Origin: Eutreptiella sp. 'Long Island Sound 2002'
Taxonomy: Eukaryota > Protista > Euglenida
DNA: 64,000 nucleotides
NCBI GenBank assembly: GCA_964036045.1
Contig: OZ038378.1
Location: 141,732,001-141,796,000, forward strand
Direction of reading: 5' to 3'
Part shown: positions 11,721 through 26,200 of the stretch, piece by piece
Numbering within the stretch: position 1 is the stretch's first letter
Layout of the letters: each line of letters begins with the position of its first letter
The notes under the pieces: generated by a model
What the model saw: the letters and a program-made list of their open reading frames with translations, nothing else
Told to the model about the DNA's origin: nothing
Databases searched by the model: none
Translations under genes and position numbers: made by a program

Positions 11721-12547
11721 TGGCTAAGCGAACCCTGCCTTCTCGGGGGTCAACAACACACAGGACAAAATCACAATGGAATTGTATGACCGAGCTTGCT
11801 GGATTGTCGCTCTCCCGCTGAGAGCGGCTCCTAGATATTTCGGGGGGTTGGTTGTAGTAGTAGTGGAATTGGTGGGCACATTGTTCAGCTGGAGGGTCTC
11901 CAACTCGCCACCACAATCCCTAGTGCAGAACACATGCACGGCAAACAGATGGCAGGCAACCTTTTGTGTTTCATCTCCTTTTTTCGGACTGACTTCTGTA
12001 GTGTTCGACTGTTCAATGACCCATGTATGCAAATTTGTATGATGAAAATACGTGGGGACAACACCGGAATCAATGCGCATATATAGCATGACATAGCACG
12101 CACCCCACAGGGAGAGTGTGATGCAAAACAGGCACCTTGACACACATGCTGTTGAGTTACATAGGCAATCTGGTACACCATGTGCTGTCACACCTGGAGG
12201 CAATGGTGAACCTCGAACCAGGCACAACTATCCAACAGAAATCCAAACCTACAGAGGCAATAGGGGGTCCCTCGCACCGCGTGCGCACCGCGTAACTTGT
12301 TGGAACAAACTATGAGAAACAGGTCACTCCTGGGTTCCTTGGTTACTCGATGCTCCAGTAGTGCCCACACTCGGAGGCGGAGATGACAGTAGCAGGCACC
12401 CTATTTGATCTGATGTAGGTGACAGGGATACCTGCAGGAAGCCATGAAAGAGACATGGGTGCAACTGCAAGGCAGGGGTCCATGCTTGCCAATGCCAAAG
12501 CAACACCACTCGCCAAGGAAAACCCAAAACCACAGAGGCCGCAACGG

Positions 12548-13340
12548 AAAACCCGGGCAAAACCAGGGGCAAAACCAGGCAAAACCAGGCAAAACCAGGC
12601 AAACCCGGGGGAAAACTAGGGAAACCCAGGGCGAAACCGGGGGGAGACTAGTCTGTTAGGGGAAAATGGGTGGACAATAGGGACAGACGCGGTGGCCCAA
12701 GGAAATAAACATGTGGCAAAAGGTACCCTCCACTCGAAGTCCACGGTGTAAAAAGGGAAAAGCCGCCCACAGCCGCTTCCACCCCTTACAAAATTCAGTG
12801 GGAGGAGGTTGTATGTAGGGGAGGCCTGAGAAGAGAAAGAGATGAGCCCCAGCACTCACGGGCTTTAGAAGAAGAGGGAAGAGGACGGAAGACAATGGAA
12901 GAGGAGGGAGGACAATGGAGAACGTGGGAGGACAATGGAAGAGGAAGGTGGACGATGGAAGACGTGGGAGGTTGATGAATGAGGATGTACCACTGCTTCT
13001 ACGGTGCTTGTACTGGTGGGACCATACCTGTTGCTACCACTGTGGCCCATCTTCTTCAAAGATTTGGACAAAGAGGATGCAGACAACCACTTCTTGGATG
13101 GATCAAATAGAAAACTTGACAAAACAAACCTCATTGTGCACCGCGAAAGGAAGAGTGTCCATTTCCACTGCACAGGGGAGCAAGTAAGAAAGAAAAGTGA
13201 TCAAGTAAGACAGAACGGAAGGGGTAACCTGCACAGGGGAGCAAGGAACAAAGAAGGGAAAATGTACCGTGGTTGTACCTTGGGTTTCCCTAGTTTTTCC
13301 TGGTCTTTACTGGTTTTACCCTGGGTTTTCCACCAGTTTG
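12548..13340. repeat. Inverted-repeat-bounded segment with AAAACCAGGC tandem units
   Basis: AAAACTAGGGAAACCCA (about 12612-12628) is the exact reverse complement of 13281-13297, and degenerate units extend both arms. Direct repeat GCCAATGCCAAAGCAAC.CCACTCGCCAA flanks it at about 12488 and 13407. Confidence 0.7.
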
Positions 13341-14143
13341 TCGCCCATGCACAAGACTTCACACTTTTGCCCTAGTCCACCAATGGAAAAAGCAGGCCAT
13401 TTACTCGCCAATGCCAAAGCAACGCCACTCGCCAATGCTCACCAAAATTTTGGCAACCATGGATGCCTGGTAAGGGGACGCAGTGCAGCCTGTGCAATGG
13501 TAATACCTTTTGCAGCTTGGAAACACATGCACTTCACTGTCGAATCGGTGGGCAGGTCTATGAAATCACCGCAATACATGCACTGCGGGCGCACTGCGTG
13601 TGCACCGCGTATAGTACTCCCTCAATGACATTGCAAATGCTGTGCAAACAAATATGTATCACACAAAATGAACAGGTAAAATTGTGCGATATTGGAGAAA
13701 CAAGTGACAAAAAAACATGCACATCCCTGCCCCAATGCACAAGGCTCTGCAGAAGGGAAATGGGGTCGGAAAAGAAGAGACAGGAAGGAATGCGTTTAAG
13801 AGCACGCAGCCCTTTGAGTGCAGCGTGTCTAGGCTTGCACTTTCCCAAATTGCAACAAGTGGGTGTGCAGATGGCTCATGGATCTCCACTGCCCAGAGTT
13901 GTTGCAGTTCAGACCAAAGACTGGCGGCAAGCTTGGCCGACATGACATTATGTGATAATCCCCAGATCCAAAACCTGTTCGCACCAACACTTTTGCCGAT
14001 GCATGAACAACATAAAAAGTCCAACAAGACACTAAGGAAACATGGGAACTTTGTGTGTTGTCCTGTTCCAGGCTGTACAGAGACGGAAATCGATTGGGTC
14101 TCTGCATCAGTGACATGACTACAAAGTAATTGTTTTTTTGGCT

Positions 14144-15460
14144 CAGACCAAGATGAGCTGGTGTAGCCTGCTCACTTCACGGTACTCGAGATAACCTCAT
14201 AATCATGTTCTCAGAATTTGACACATCATTGACCGGTAGAGGCCTGGGGTGTGCCAGGGGGGAGGCTGCACGAATGGGGTTGGTAAAATGGGGTTGTGGT
14301 GGGAGGGGTGGGGTGGAATGCTCATGGGTGCACCAAGGGGGGCATGCGAAAGGAGCTTCCAAAGAATAAGAAATGCAAGTTGTGGGTTTCAAAAATCAAT
14401 GCAGACAAAACAGAGTGTTGTTTGGTTAGTTTGGCGTTGACGTGACATGCAAGCAGCAACTTTCACATAAATATTCGGATGCACCGCCCGCCAGTAGACA
14501 GCTATGGCGCTGTCTGCGCAGGGGGGGGGGGGGGTTCCCCACCCCCCCCACACACCACCACAAGCGCATACAAGACGTCTCACATCCTTTACCACATTGC
14601 ACTCAGCAAAACGACGGCCAGATAGGCTGAGACAAGCGTTTGGTGGCGCGTGTAAGGGGGGGGGAAGGGAGTACCAAATGAAGCGAGACGTGCACCCTTT
14701 GAAAGAAAAGGATGGGTGAGAAAAACTCCCGCCTCAATACAGTCCTCTTTTTTTCTTGGTCTAGACCAAGATGAGCTGGTGTACCCTGCTCACCATATGG
14801 TACTCGAGACAACCTCTCGGATTCAAAGTTCAGAGCTTTCCAGTGCTACACCCGCCTCAACACAGTTCTTGCCGCAGGACCGAAGCTGCAAGAAAACCAT
14901 GGGCCTGGGAGAGAGACTTAATGTTTTGAAGAACCGCTTGGCCAAACACCGCCAGATATTTTGTGAAATGTCCTTTTTGTTTTCTGCATCCGCCAGTCCT
15001 GTGAATGGCCCCATCAGGGGAGCGGAATCATGGCCACGCCACGGTCCATAACGGTCGTACATGCTGGTCTAACTGCGGCGTTTGACAAAATCTTCCCTCA
15101 GATTTCCAGCAGTGGCACACATAAGGCGGGAAGAAAATTGCTCTGCGGGGGGGGGGGGGTGACACGGAACCCCATTTCTCCAAACCCCCCCCCCTCCTTT
15201 GGCGGGCGTCCATGTCACCCCCCCCCCCCCCCCCCCGCAGAGCAATTTTCAGGTCGCTTAACCATCAGGGTATGCCTTCTCGGCCATGCGTCTCCAGGGG
15301 GACGCCGAGACTCATTCGTTCTGTCAACTCTCTGAAAAACATAGCTCACAACCCTGCAGCTCCTCGAACACCGAAGCTGCAAGAAAACTATGGGCCTGGG
15401 AGAGAGACTGCGTCGAAGAAGAACTTGGCCAAACACCGCCAGATAGTTTGTGAAATTTCC
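14144..15460. repeat. Two local direct duplications
   Basis: 14144-14198 matches 14763-14817 (AGACCAAGATGAGCTGGTGTA); 14880-14970 matches 15371-15457 (CCGAAGCTGCAAGAAAAC..TTGGCCAAACACCGCCAGATA). Confidence 0.8.
15125..15258. mobile_element. Internally deleted copy of the 17580-17983 MITE
   Basis: Same ends AAAATTGCTCTGCG(G)nTGACA / TGTCA(C)nGCAGAGCAATTTT, with the central part missing. Confidence 0.75.
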
Positions 15461-17579
15461 AGCACTTTGGCTGCAACAGGTAGGCTGGCGGGAGCAGGTG
15501 CTGTTCCCCCAGCGCCATGCAGGTATACCCTCAAGATGTCTCCGGATTGTCTTCACCACGACGCTTTGCCGCTGTTTCTGTCTCTAGTGGACGTCCCCAG
15601 GCCGGAGGCAGGGCATACTGCTGCGCACCGCTGGACTCCAGTCCGCCGAAATTTCAAAAAGGCGTCGGTGGACAAGCGAAAGCCGCCTGTTGCCTGCGAC
15701 CCTGCCCATAAATGAGCGGCCTCGGGCGATCAAACGGAGCAGCCGTGAAGGCCAGGAGCTAGACGCGCTCTGATTCGTGGCAACTGGGCAATGCCAGTCC
15801 GGATGAGAAGGGGGTTCTCATTCTCCGAACCCCCAAGAAAAGAAGAAAGCGTGGGGCACGATGGGATGGAATACCACTACTCGCATGTATTTCTGATGAT
15901 AATCGGGCGGCCTTGCACGGCTGAAAGTAGAAGCACCAGCAAAGTTTGTCACCCTGACACTTAGGTGTCAAAATGCTCGTCGGGATGTGGAGGGATACCC
16001 CCTCCCCAAGAGGCCACTTCTGTGGTGGTGTCCACAAGCAGCCCCCATCCCCCTTGGGCATCATTCGGGGACATGCCAGGCATGCTGCACACGGTACGAC
16101 GTGACAGCAACAGCAAAGCACAATGCGGTGATCCACCGTGACGTGCAACACTTACGCCCGTGCCATGCTGCTGTCTCCTTGGAGAAAGACTGCGGAAAAA
16201 GGTGAATTTGTCTTACAACAATGTACCCCCCCCCCCTTGTATAAGCTACGCCAATGTCCACAATTATTACGGTCCCTACGCCTACTGTAGCTTGGGCAAG
16301 GGCGTGGCTTGCGCACAACACATACAACTGCCGACACACACGTGCGCAGGCCACATGTGCTGAAATTGGCAATTCAGGACCTACGGGATGCATCATACTT
16401 AAAAAAAAAAACCCTGGTGCACCAGCAGGGGCCCACATGTGCTGAAATTTGCAAATGTGACAACAAACCCATGTCTTATGTGGCCACACTACATTTCGTA
16501 CATAATTGAATTGCGTACACAATTATTACGGTCCCTACGCCTACTGTAGCTTGGACAAGGGCATAGCTTATACAAGGGGGGGGGGGGGTATGAGGGCAGC
16601 GGCAGTGCCTGCAGCCCGGACACAGTCAGCAGCAGCCAGGCCAGCATGGACCACTGCTTGTGTGTCAGTTGCAGGACAACAGTTACCGGAGTAGGGTGCT
16701 CGGCCTTGCACCGCTTGCAGCGGCAAACATTCACATAGGCATACAGGGGGGGAAAATTTTAGTACGGGAAAATTTTTGTCCGGAAAAATTGAGTGCGGGA
16801 AAAATTGCGCCACAATCGTTAAAAGTGATGGGAAAAATTGCGCCACACTTTGCCATGGTGAAGGGCAAGGCCTAAGGTCGGCTCTCCTTACTGAGGGGGA
16901 CACCACTTGAGGAAAAGGTGTGATGAGGGTCTAGTTTGCTGAGGTCCAAGCAGTTCCCCGCACTACAAAGGGCATCCAAATTACTGATTGCGCCCAGCCG
17001 CTGACCCTGGTCGTAACTCCCCAATTAGGAGTCCTCGGGCCTTGCTCTTTATCTTTTGGCCATTCCTTTTGGGTATTTTTTGCTGTGGCCCCCCAACATT
17101 TTCCTTGAAACATTGTTGTCGGGCAGTGCCAGAATTGGGCATACTAAATTTTCCCAGACAGGTTTCTTCAGCTACTAAATCCCCCCCCACCCGTATTGGG
17201 GGGTCGCATATCCGTTTCTTCGCAGTTCTGACAAAGCAATACTCCTGCATGCCAGGGGACAAAAGGAGGCAGCACATGTTGCAGGCAATGACCCTACCCA
17301 GGCCCAATGCATGTCTGACAATGCTTGTCGAGACGTGCTTTGCTACCCCCTGAATCCCCATCCCCCAGCTTCGGCTCGAGCCCTCTGTTATGCACATCCC
17401 TGACCCATCAACTGGCCATTCTCACTGATAAGAAAAAATCTGCCTGATAAAAACTGCTACAACATGGGGAGCTCCCATTTGCCCAGTCAGGGTGGTGGGG
17501 CTGTGCTGTAGGGGTGGGTCCTGGTCACTGCAATGGTGCCTTACATGTCTGCGAATTGGGTAGTGTTTGGCTGAAATCT

Positions 17580-17983
17580 GGGCGGGAAGAAAATTGCTCT
17601 GCGGGGGGGGGGGGGGTGACACGGAGGCCCTTTTTCCCAACCCCCCCCCTCCTTGGCCGCCGTGACGGGAGGGGGGGTTCAGGGCGGGGGTGCCCGACCT
17701 CCGTGCCGGGGGGGGGGGGGGTCAACCCAACATCTATGGCTCAAAATGATACCAACGTCGCGCTGATCATTTTGACTACTCAAATGTGGGGGGGGGAAAT
17801 TATTGTTGAAAAAAAAATTTTCGGGCCAAAATTTGTGTTCCTGCGCCTTCGGCGCCAACATCCGTTCTTACACAAAACAAAAGGCCCGACACGGAACCCC
17901 ATTTCCCCAACCCCCCCCCCTCCTTCGGCGGGCGTCCATGTCACCCCCCCCCCCCCCCCCGCAGAGCAATTTTCAGGTCGCCC
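17580..17983. mobile_element. MITE of about 400 bp
   Basis: TIRs GGGCG....GAAAATTGCTCTGCG(G)nTGACA and TGTCA(C)nGCAGAGCAATTTTCAGGTCGCCC. No TSD discernible. Confidence 0.75.
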
Positions 17984-19525
17984 TGCCCCAAAAACCTGAA
18001 TTGCTTCCGCAGCCGTATTGTGTTCTTTCGCTTGTTTGTGCCTGGTGCCATGAGATCCTATGTGCTGTGCACCGGTGACAGTCATGGACTTGTGTCCAAC
18101 ACCTCCCCAACCTTCCTGGGACCTGAAAAGGATGAGTGTGGTGGTGGTGCCTGACATCGCTGTAGTTTGATTTTGGCGGCCATCAGAATTGTGCTTTTAA
18201 ATAGCGTGGAGCCTCTGCACCACGCACGTTACAGGGCCAACCGCAAGGCTGCAGTGGGGACGCACCTGGGTCATGGGGGGGGTCCCAGGGCAGGGGAAGC
18301 GCTGCCCTGCCCTGGCCCCTGTCAGCGCCCTGTTGGGGGCCTGGGGACCGACAGCCCAGGTAGACTGGAGCCCTCCAACGTCTTAGGACGGGAGTTCCAT
18401 AAACACGGGTTGCTGACCGTGTGATGCAGCAAGCGTCCAGCGCCATGTCTTTTGTCTGACCTGCTTGCTGAAGCGCATCATTTGTGGGGAGGATGTGTGT
18501 GGGGGGGGAGCGGGGGGTGGAAGAACAATGAGGGTGCCCCCCGCGCACCGCGCACACTGCATCATTGATGTATGTATCATTGATGATGGGGTTTTACGCC
18601 ATGCTGCAGAACATAGCCCCAAGACCTCAAAACAGAGCAACGCGGTGACTTGCGGCGCACATGCTGCATCCGCGTTCACGGATGCAGCCCAACGCCCATG
18701 CCCTGGTGCACTCTGTGCACCGCACGGGCGGCACCCTCAATAGTAAAGAGGGAGGCCCGTATGGGACAGGGGCCCCCCGTGGTCACCTGTGGCGCCATAC
18801 AAAAGCAGGCCTGCGTACAGTCCTGATGGCCGGACTGCATGCCTGTCTGGCGCCTGTCTGGGTCACAGGTGGGGGCCTCGCCGGGGGGTGTGTGTATGGG
18901 GGGTGGATGCAGTTCTGTGGGTGAGCCTGCTCCGTGTTGCCTCCTTTGCCAGGGTTTCCCACTGATTCGGAATAAAAAACATTTTTTTGATTGGGAAATA
19001 TTCGGAAGTATTCGGAAATATTCGGATTGTAAAAAAAACACACTTTTGCTCTTTGTAAATGCCCGTGGATGTCCTCTGGATGTTTGCTGTTCATACCACA
19101 GGTCCCATACTCCCAATTTCTGCACCCTGAATTTGCCACGGTTTGAATGAGCATGAAACCAGGGAATTAATCACAGAAACGTACAACAACCAGTGCCCAG
19201 TAATGCTTTACTTCTTCACAAACCTCTGCTCATGTCATCTGGAAATTGAGCAGCCCATTTGGCTGCAGTCATATGTTTGCCACGCTTTCTTGCTTGCGAT
19301 GGTTGTTTACCCGATGGTGCTGGTTGTTGCTTGCTCTGATGGAAATTCATCAGGTGTAGGCACAGGCATGGATGTGTTGACAGAACTGGAAAATCGGGGG
19401 GAAGGAGTGTGCACCATACCCAGAGTACACCCCCCACAACACAGGAGACCCTCCCCGTATCCCCCCAAAACCCGAATGCTCACCCTTCTCATATTCGGAA
19501 ATATTCGGATATATTCGGAAATATT

Positions 19526-20802
<1,277 letters not shown>

Positions 20803-22673
20803 TATTCGGAATATTCAGAATTAGCAGGTCCAGCTCTGATTCGGAAATATTCGGAGATATTCGGAAATATTTGTTTCCGAATGAGCGGGAAACCCTGCCT
20901 TTGGCTCAGACCTGTGTACTTTGGCTCTGGACTAACCGCAGTGACTTTCGTCGTGGGGTGCAGCATAGCGAGAGACCCATCTGGCCTGGGGCAGAGAGAA
21001 GGTGCCAGGGCCGGTATCGGCAATTGGGCCACAGGCATGGCATTGGTGTTCTTCCCGCCACGGCCAAAGCAGGCAAACCAACAGACAAACCAAACAAACC
21101 GCAGATCAGCCCCGGCGCCGCATCAGCGCCGGGGGGCAGGCGCATCACAGGCGGAGTCGGAGTGCACAATCCGTTTGTTTGCATGAGCTCACGATATAAA
21201 ACTGACCAACTCAGCACCCGGGCCATGCCCCCCACTGCCCCCTGTGCCACCCCACGGGATGGTCCCTTACTACCCCAGGGCCCACAGACTTCAGCATGTG
21301 CAGATGAGGGCCCAGCAGGTGATGTTCACCATGTTCTGAGCGACCTCGAGCCCTGGGGATTCCGAAGCACCAAGTGTTCCACTTCCGTGCGGCGTCGCAT
21401 TGTCTTGCGCAGGATGAGGGCGATGCATTCTCTGCCCATGAGGCTCAGCGACACCCTATGTTTGTTGCCCCCCGCAGGAGTAATCTGCACAACGGTTTCC
21501 TGTGTGGTGTCCACGCGTTTGTCACTCCGAGTCCGCGGAGGGTATGCATTAGTTTTGGGTGCTCCGTCGAAAACAACGAGTCGTACTCGTCGCCGTAAAG
21601 GGAAGGCACTGGGTCAATTCAACCTTGACGGATGCAGAGGGGAAGGAAGTCGGAAAACCCTGCACAGAGGGGGGCACATGCTTAGCATACGCATGGCACA
21701 TGCCCCCCTGACCACGGGTGTGCGGACTGGAGTTTTCAGGATTTTGAGGTGCGCTGCGTGGTATGCGGCATGCTTGTGAGAGCACGGGGTGATACGACGG
21801 CCCAGGAAGCCGGTGGTCATGCCACTGGTGCCTGGCAGGGGAACCAAGTTTCGGTAGGCTTTTGCCACTGAGTAGTACCCGTTTATGTCGGACCCAGAAT
21901 TCGGTAGGAACTAGCCGCGTGCAGTGCATGAGATAGTAGGACCCAGCGCCGTGTGATCATATCTGATGTGACGGACACTGGCACACCGTGGCAGACCTGG
22001 TCACGAACGAACACTATATAGCGGGCAGTGAAACAGAAGTGGCATCGAGTGTTGGGGTAAAACCCGTCCACAACCGATTCGATTCAAACGTGTTCTGGAC
22101 AGGGACGTCGCTACTAAGACCAGCCCAAACTTACAGCGCAGCGCAAAAATGCAGGCAGAAGAGCATCTGCGGTGGCGTGGGAATTGGGACCGGAATTGGC
22201 GACACCCGTCGAAATCTGGCGCAGATCAGCGTTTCGGAAATCGTCAAACCCCGACGCTCCGGAATGGATTTCTGTTTGGACGCATGGCATTCCTCGGGGG
22301 AGAAGGGCCGCAAAAGGGGGTGAGGTGGGGGTTGTGTTTGTACGCAGGCATGGGATTGCAGCGTACGTGAGGTGGCGGAGGCCACGTGTGCGAAGGTTTA
22401 GCCGGTGAGAGCCAACAAGAACCGCACTTGGGCGTGGAGGCCGAAATGGCTGCTTATAAAAGGCAATGGGAGCAGAAAAGTGCCGTCAACTCACGGCCAC
22501 GCGCAAAATCTTTACCTTTCATAAAAGTCACGGATATTGGCGGTTGCTGGGAACGCTGCTGCACTGCACGCGCACCGCTGGTCGCCGGGCCTTCTGCATG
22601 TCAGAGACCAGCGAACTTGTGTGGGTGCCGCAGCAGTGCAACGGCAGCCTCGATGCGCATTGTTGAAGGCGGA

Positions 22674-23258
22674 CTAAAGGGCAGACTCTGAGGCAGGACC
22701 CGGCGCAACACGAAGGGGCCCCCGGAGGCACCATCCCAGGGCCATCTCCGTGTCCCCGTGCAGGCGGGCGGACTGCGCGACGCTTTGGAGGTTGCGGCAC
22801 AACTCCCGCAAGTCCACATCGAGGGACACCGCCATGACGCCCGGCAGCAAATGGCTCAGCAGAAGCGCCCGGAGGTCCTGCTGCTCGGGCCCTTGGTCCT
22901 CGAGACCATCACCCAAAAGGGACGCGATGCCCATCACCTGCGCCGCCTTCACGAGCCCATGCGAGAGGGCCTCGGTCAGCAGGTGGACGCTGCGCACCCC
23001 TCGGGCGCGCAGGAGCGGTGCGCGGCCCGCAGACTCGACCCCCTTGAGGACGTCCGCGATCGACGCCTTCAGGGAAGCGCACACCAACTCGTCCAGTGCG
23101 TCGTGCTCGTGCTCTGGCACCCACCGGCGCAGGCGGGCGACAAAGCGGATGTAGGCCCGCCGGGCAGCCGTGTGGGAGAGGGCGTGCGAGTGGAAGATGG
23201 GCAGCAGCTCCGGGTAGGACAGGCCAGTGCCGTCCGCTAGGCCTTGGTGCAACCGTTC
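22674..23258 (-). CDS. CCCH gene exon 3 (helical domain of unknown family)
   Basis: Acceptor cccacag|GAA CGG TTG CAC, GC3-rich frame to TAG. Confidence 0.8.
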   Translation of the reverse strand, partial: ERLHQGLADGTGLSYPELLPIFHSHALSHTAARRAYIRFVARLRRWVPEHEHDALDELVCASLKASIADVLKGVESAGRAPLLRARGVRSVHLLTEALSHGLVKAAQVMGIASLLGDGLEDQGPEQQDLRALLLSHLLPGVMAVSLDVDLRELCRNLQSVAQSARLHGDTEMALGWCLRGPLRVAPGPASESAL

Positions 23259-26200
23259 CTGTGGGAGTCACAAGAGCCCCTGCCTGCTCACTGCTTAGCC
23301 CCAAGCCCTCCCTGCGTGTCCCCGCCCTCCCCGCAGCTGCTACGCCTCGGAGCCTGCACAGATCGGCCTTAGTCTGTATCAGGTTGTGCTGGCCTATGGT
23401 GCTGGAGATGGTGACCTCGTCAGTTATGGACAAGGACAATGCACGGCAGAGACCAAGCCCAAGACCTTGCGTGCTTGCACACACTCCTCCCTGCCTGTGC
23501 CCACCCCTGCCTGCAGGTGCACGCATTGTCCTGTGTTCCACCCCTCCATGTCCATGCCACATGTTCCCTTCATTTTAGTGATTTGTATGACAGAAGGTGA
23601 CCAAAATAACACTTAACTGTGGTTGGGATGGCTCAACCACACTAGTGTGGTTTAACCACCACTCTTAAGTGTGGTTGGGATGCCTCAACCACACTAAAGT
23701 GTGGTTCAACCACACTTGAGTGTGGTTGGGATGTCTCAACCACACTAATGTGTGCTTCAACCACACTTTAGTGTGGTTGGGATGCCTCAACACACTAAAG
23801 TGTGGTTCAACCACACTTAACTGTGGTTAGGCCGGCTCAACCACACTTAAGTGTGGTTCAACCACACTAAAGTGTGGTTGGGATGCCTCAACCATACTAA
23901 AGTGTGGTTCAACCACACATTTTAGTGTGGTTGGGATGCCTCAACCACACTAAAGTGTGGTTCAACCAGATTTCAGTGTGGCTAGGCCGGCTCAACCACA
24001 CTAAAGTGTGGTTGCGATGGCTCAACCACACTACGGTGTGGTTCAACCACACTGAAGTTTGGTTTGGATGGCTCAACCACACTACGCACATGTTGTAGCA
24101 TGCATGAAGCATGAACTACTACAAATTGATTTATTCGAAGCTCCAAACAGGAACATCAATGCACATCTGCATCAGAACATCAATGTACGTGTGCATCTGA
24201 GAGCATAATGGTGTGGTGAAGCCATCCCAACCACACTTACGTGTGGGTGAACCACACTAGTGTGGTTGAGCCATCCCAACCACACTAAAGTGTGGTAGTT
24301 GAACCACACTTTAATGTGGTTGAGCCATCCCAACCACACTGAAGTGCGGTTAAACCACACTTTAGTGTGCTTAAGCCATCCCAACCGCACTTAAAGGTGG
24401 TTGAACCACACCGTAGTGTGGTTGAGCCATCCCATTCACACTTAAGTTTGGATGAACCACCTTGTAGTATGGCTGAGCCTTCCCAACCAGACTTAAGTGC
24501 GGTTGAACGACACTTTAGTGTGGTCCAGCCATCCCAACCACACTAAAGTGTGGTAGTTGAACCACACTCGTGTGGTCGAGCCATCCCAACCACACTGAAG
24601 TCTGGTTGAATGGCTGAAAGTCTGACATGCTTCAAAACGTTGCACAATGTGTCATAACACTATGCCCCAGTGACTTGACGCGATTATGGCACGGTGAAGC
24701 CATTTACAGGACACAGTCACATATGTCGTAGACAACACGGATGTGTGGGGCTATATTCCATTGGGAACGGATGTAGTGGTAGGGGTCAACTCGTGATATT
24801 TGGAAGACATGGGTGTGGGCTCTACCAGGTGGTGCTGAGATACACCCCATACTGAGTGGGCTGCTGTGGGCGTTAGTTCAGGGCTGTGCAGTGGAATGAT
24901 GCAGACGGATGGTAGGCACGGGACAGCAAGAGACGTCTGCAGCTCTGGCGGCCCCTCTAACAGGGTGAAGCTTCTCAAGACATGCATGTGGACGCAGAAG
25001 AGTCAGTGGTGCAGGGTAAGAGTGTTACTCTGTACTAAGAAGCAAGCTTGTGGAGACTGTGAAAGCCCTTTGTATAGCAAATGGAGGGAGGGGCAGGGCA
25101 AAAGCAAAAGGGGGGGATGGCACAGACAAGCAGGAGTCAGTGTCACAGACAGGCACACCAGTACAAGGTCCGGTTGAGCTTTGAGCTGGCCCAAAAGAAT
25201 CAAAGCACTGGCCAGCTGCAGGTCATCGAGCCCGGCTGGGAGCTCGCCCTGCGCCAAAGCACAGCTCGCGGTTTGGGGCCCGGCGTTGTCAAGATCGGGG
25301 GCCTTGGGTGGCTCCTCCGGCGCACAGGGCTGCTGACTGAGGACCCATGTCTTGAACTTCTTTGTCAGCGGCTCCACAATTTTCTTGGCGGGCGCCCCCT
25401 GAGGGGTTGGATGGAGGTTCCAGCAGCTCTGACCAAACTTGCAGAAGCCAGTGAGCGCCCAGACCTTGCAAATGTTGCTCTTTATCGCTCGGAGGCTTTG
25501 CATCATCTCGCTGGGCTCCGGGTGGTAGTACCTGCAGTGTCCCAAAGGCGGGTGGGTGCAGGCATAAGGGGGCAGTGGAGGGGCATTCTGGGAGCACCCA
25601 TTCTTGCACCCGCCCGCACACATCCCCAGCCCCATACCTGGCGGTACAGGGGAGGGGCATAAAGGGGGAATACGGACGCTGATATGCATAAGTCAGCACA
25701 AAGGAAGCAAATATTTGTGTGCATGGTAGCGCCTGTTGAGAGCAGGTCGCAGCAACAAAATTGCGAAAAAAGAAAGTGCCCTCCCAAAGCCTCCCAAATA
25801 CTTTTCCGCTGCCTTGGGCACTGTCTTAGGGGGCGTATGTGCAAAGCACGTGAACAGCGTGCACACAGGGCTAAACATTGGGTAAGGTTTACCGGAACCA
25901 ACCTCAAGACCACCAACCACCCGAAATGCCTTCTTCATATCTGCTGATTCCCAAAACAATTCACGTGCCAAGATGCCTGTGATAAATTGTCTTGTTGCAG
26001 CCTGCGTGCATAGCATTCTTCTGGCTTGGTAGCATACTTTGAGAAAGAAAAGGTACTTCCAGATGGTGGTATCCGAAACAGCTGATTTTGTGCACAGCGC
26101 ACGCAACACCCTCTTATCATGAGCCTGCACGGTCACGACAGGGTGACAACATGTCGAAGGGGGGGGGCGTCCACAGATGGGCTTGGGCTCCGGCCGGAGG

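Noticed and set aside
13700-14118. CPVPGC motif suggesting an RBR/IBR E3 ligase exon
   Set aside because: Remaining Cys/His ligands and supporting exons are absent.
23607-24610. CRISPR-like array of palindromic repeats
   Set aside because: No unique spacers, the arms are inverted, there are no cas genes, and it lies in a eukaryotic intron.
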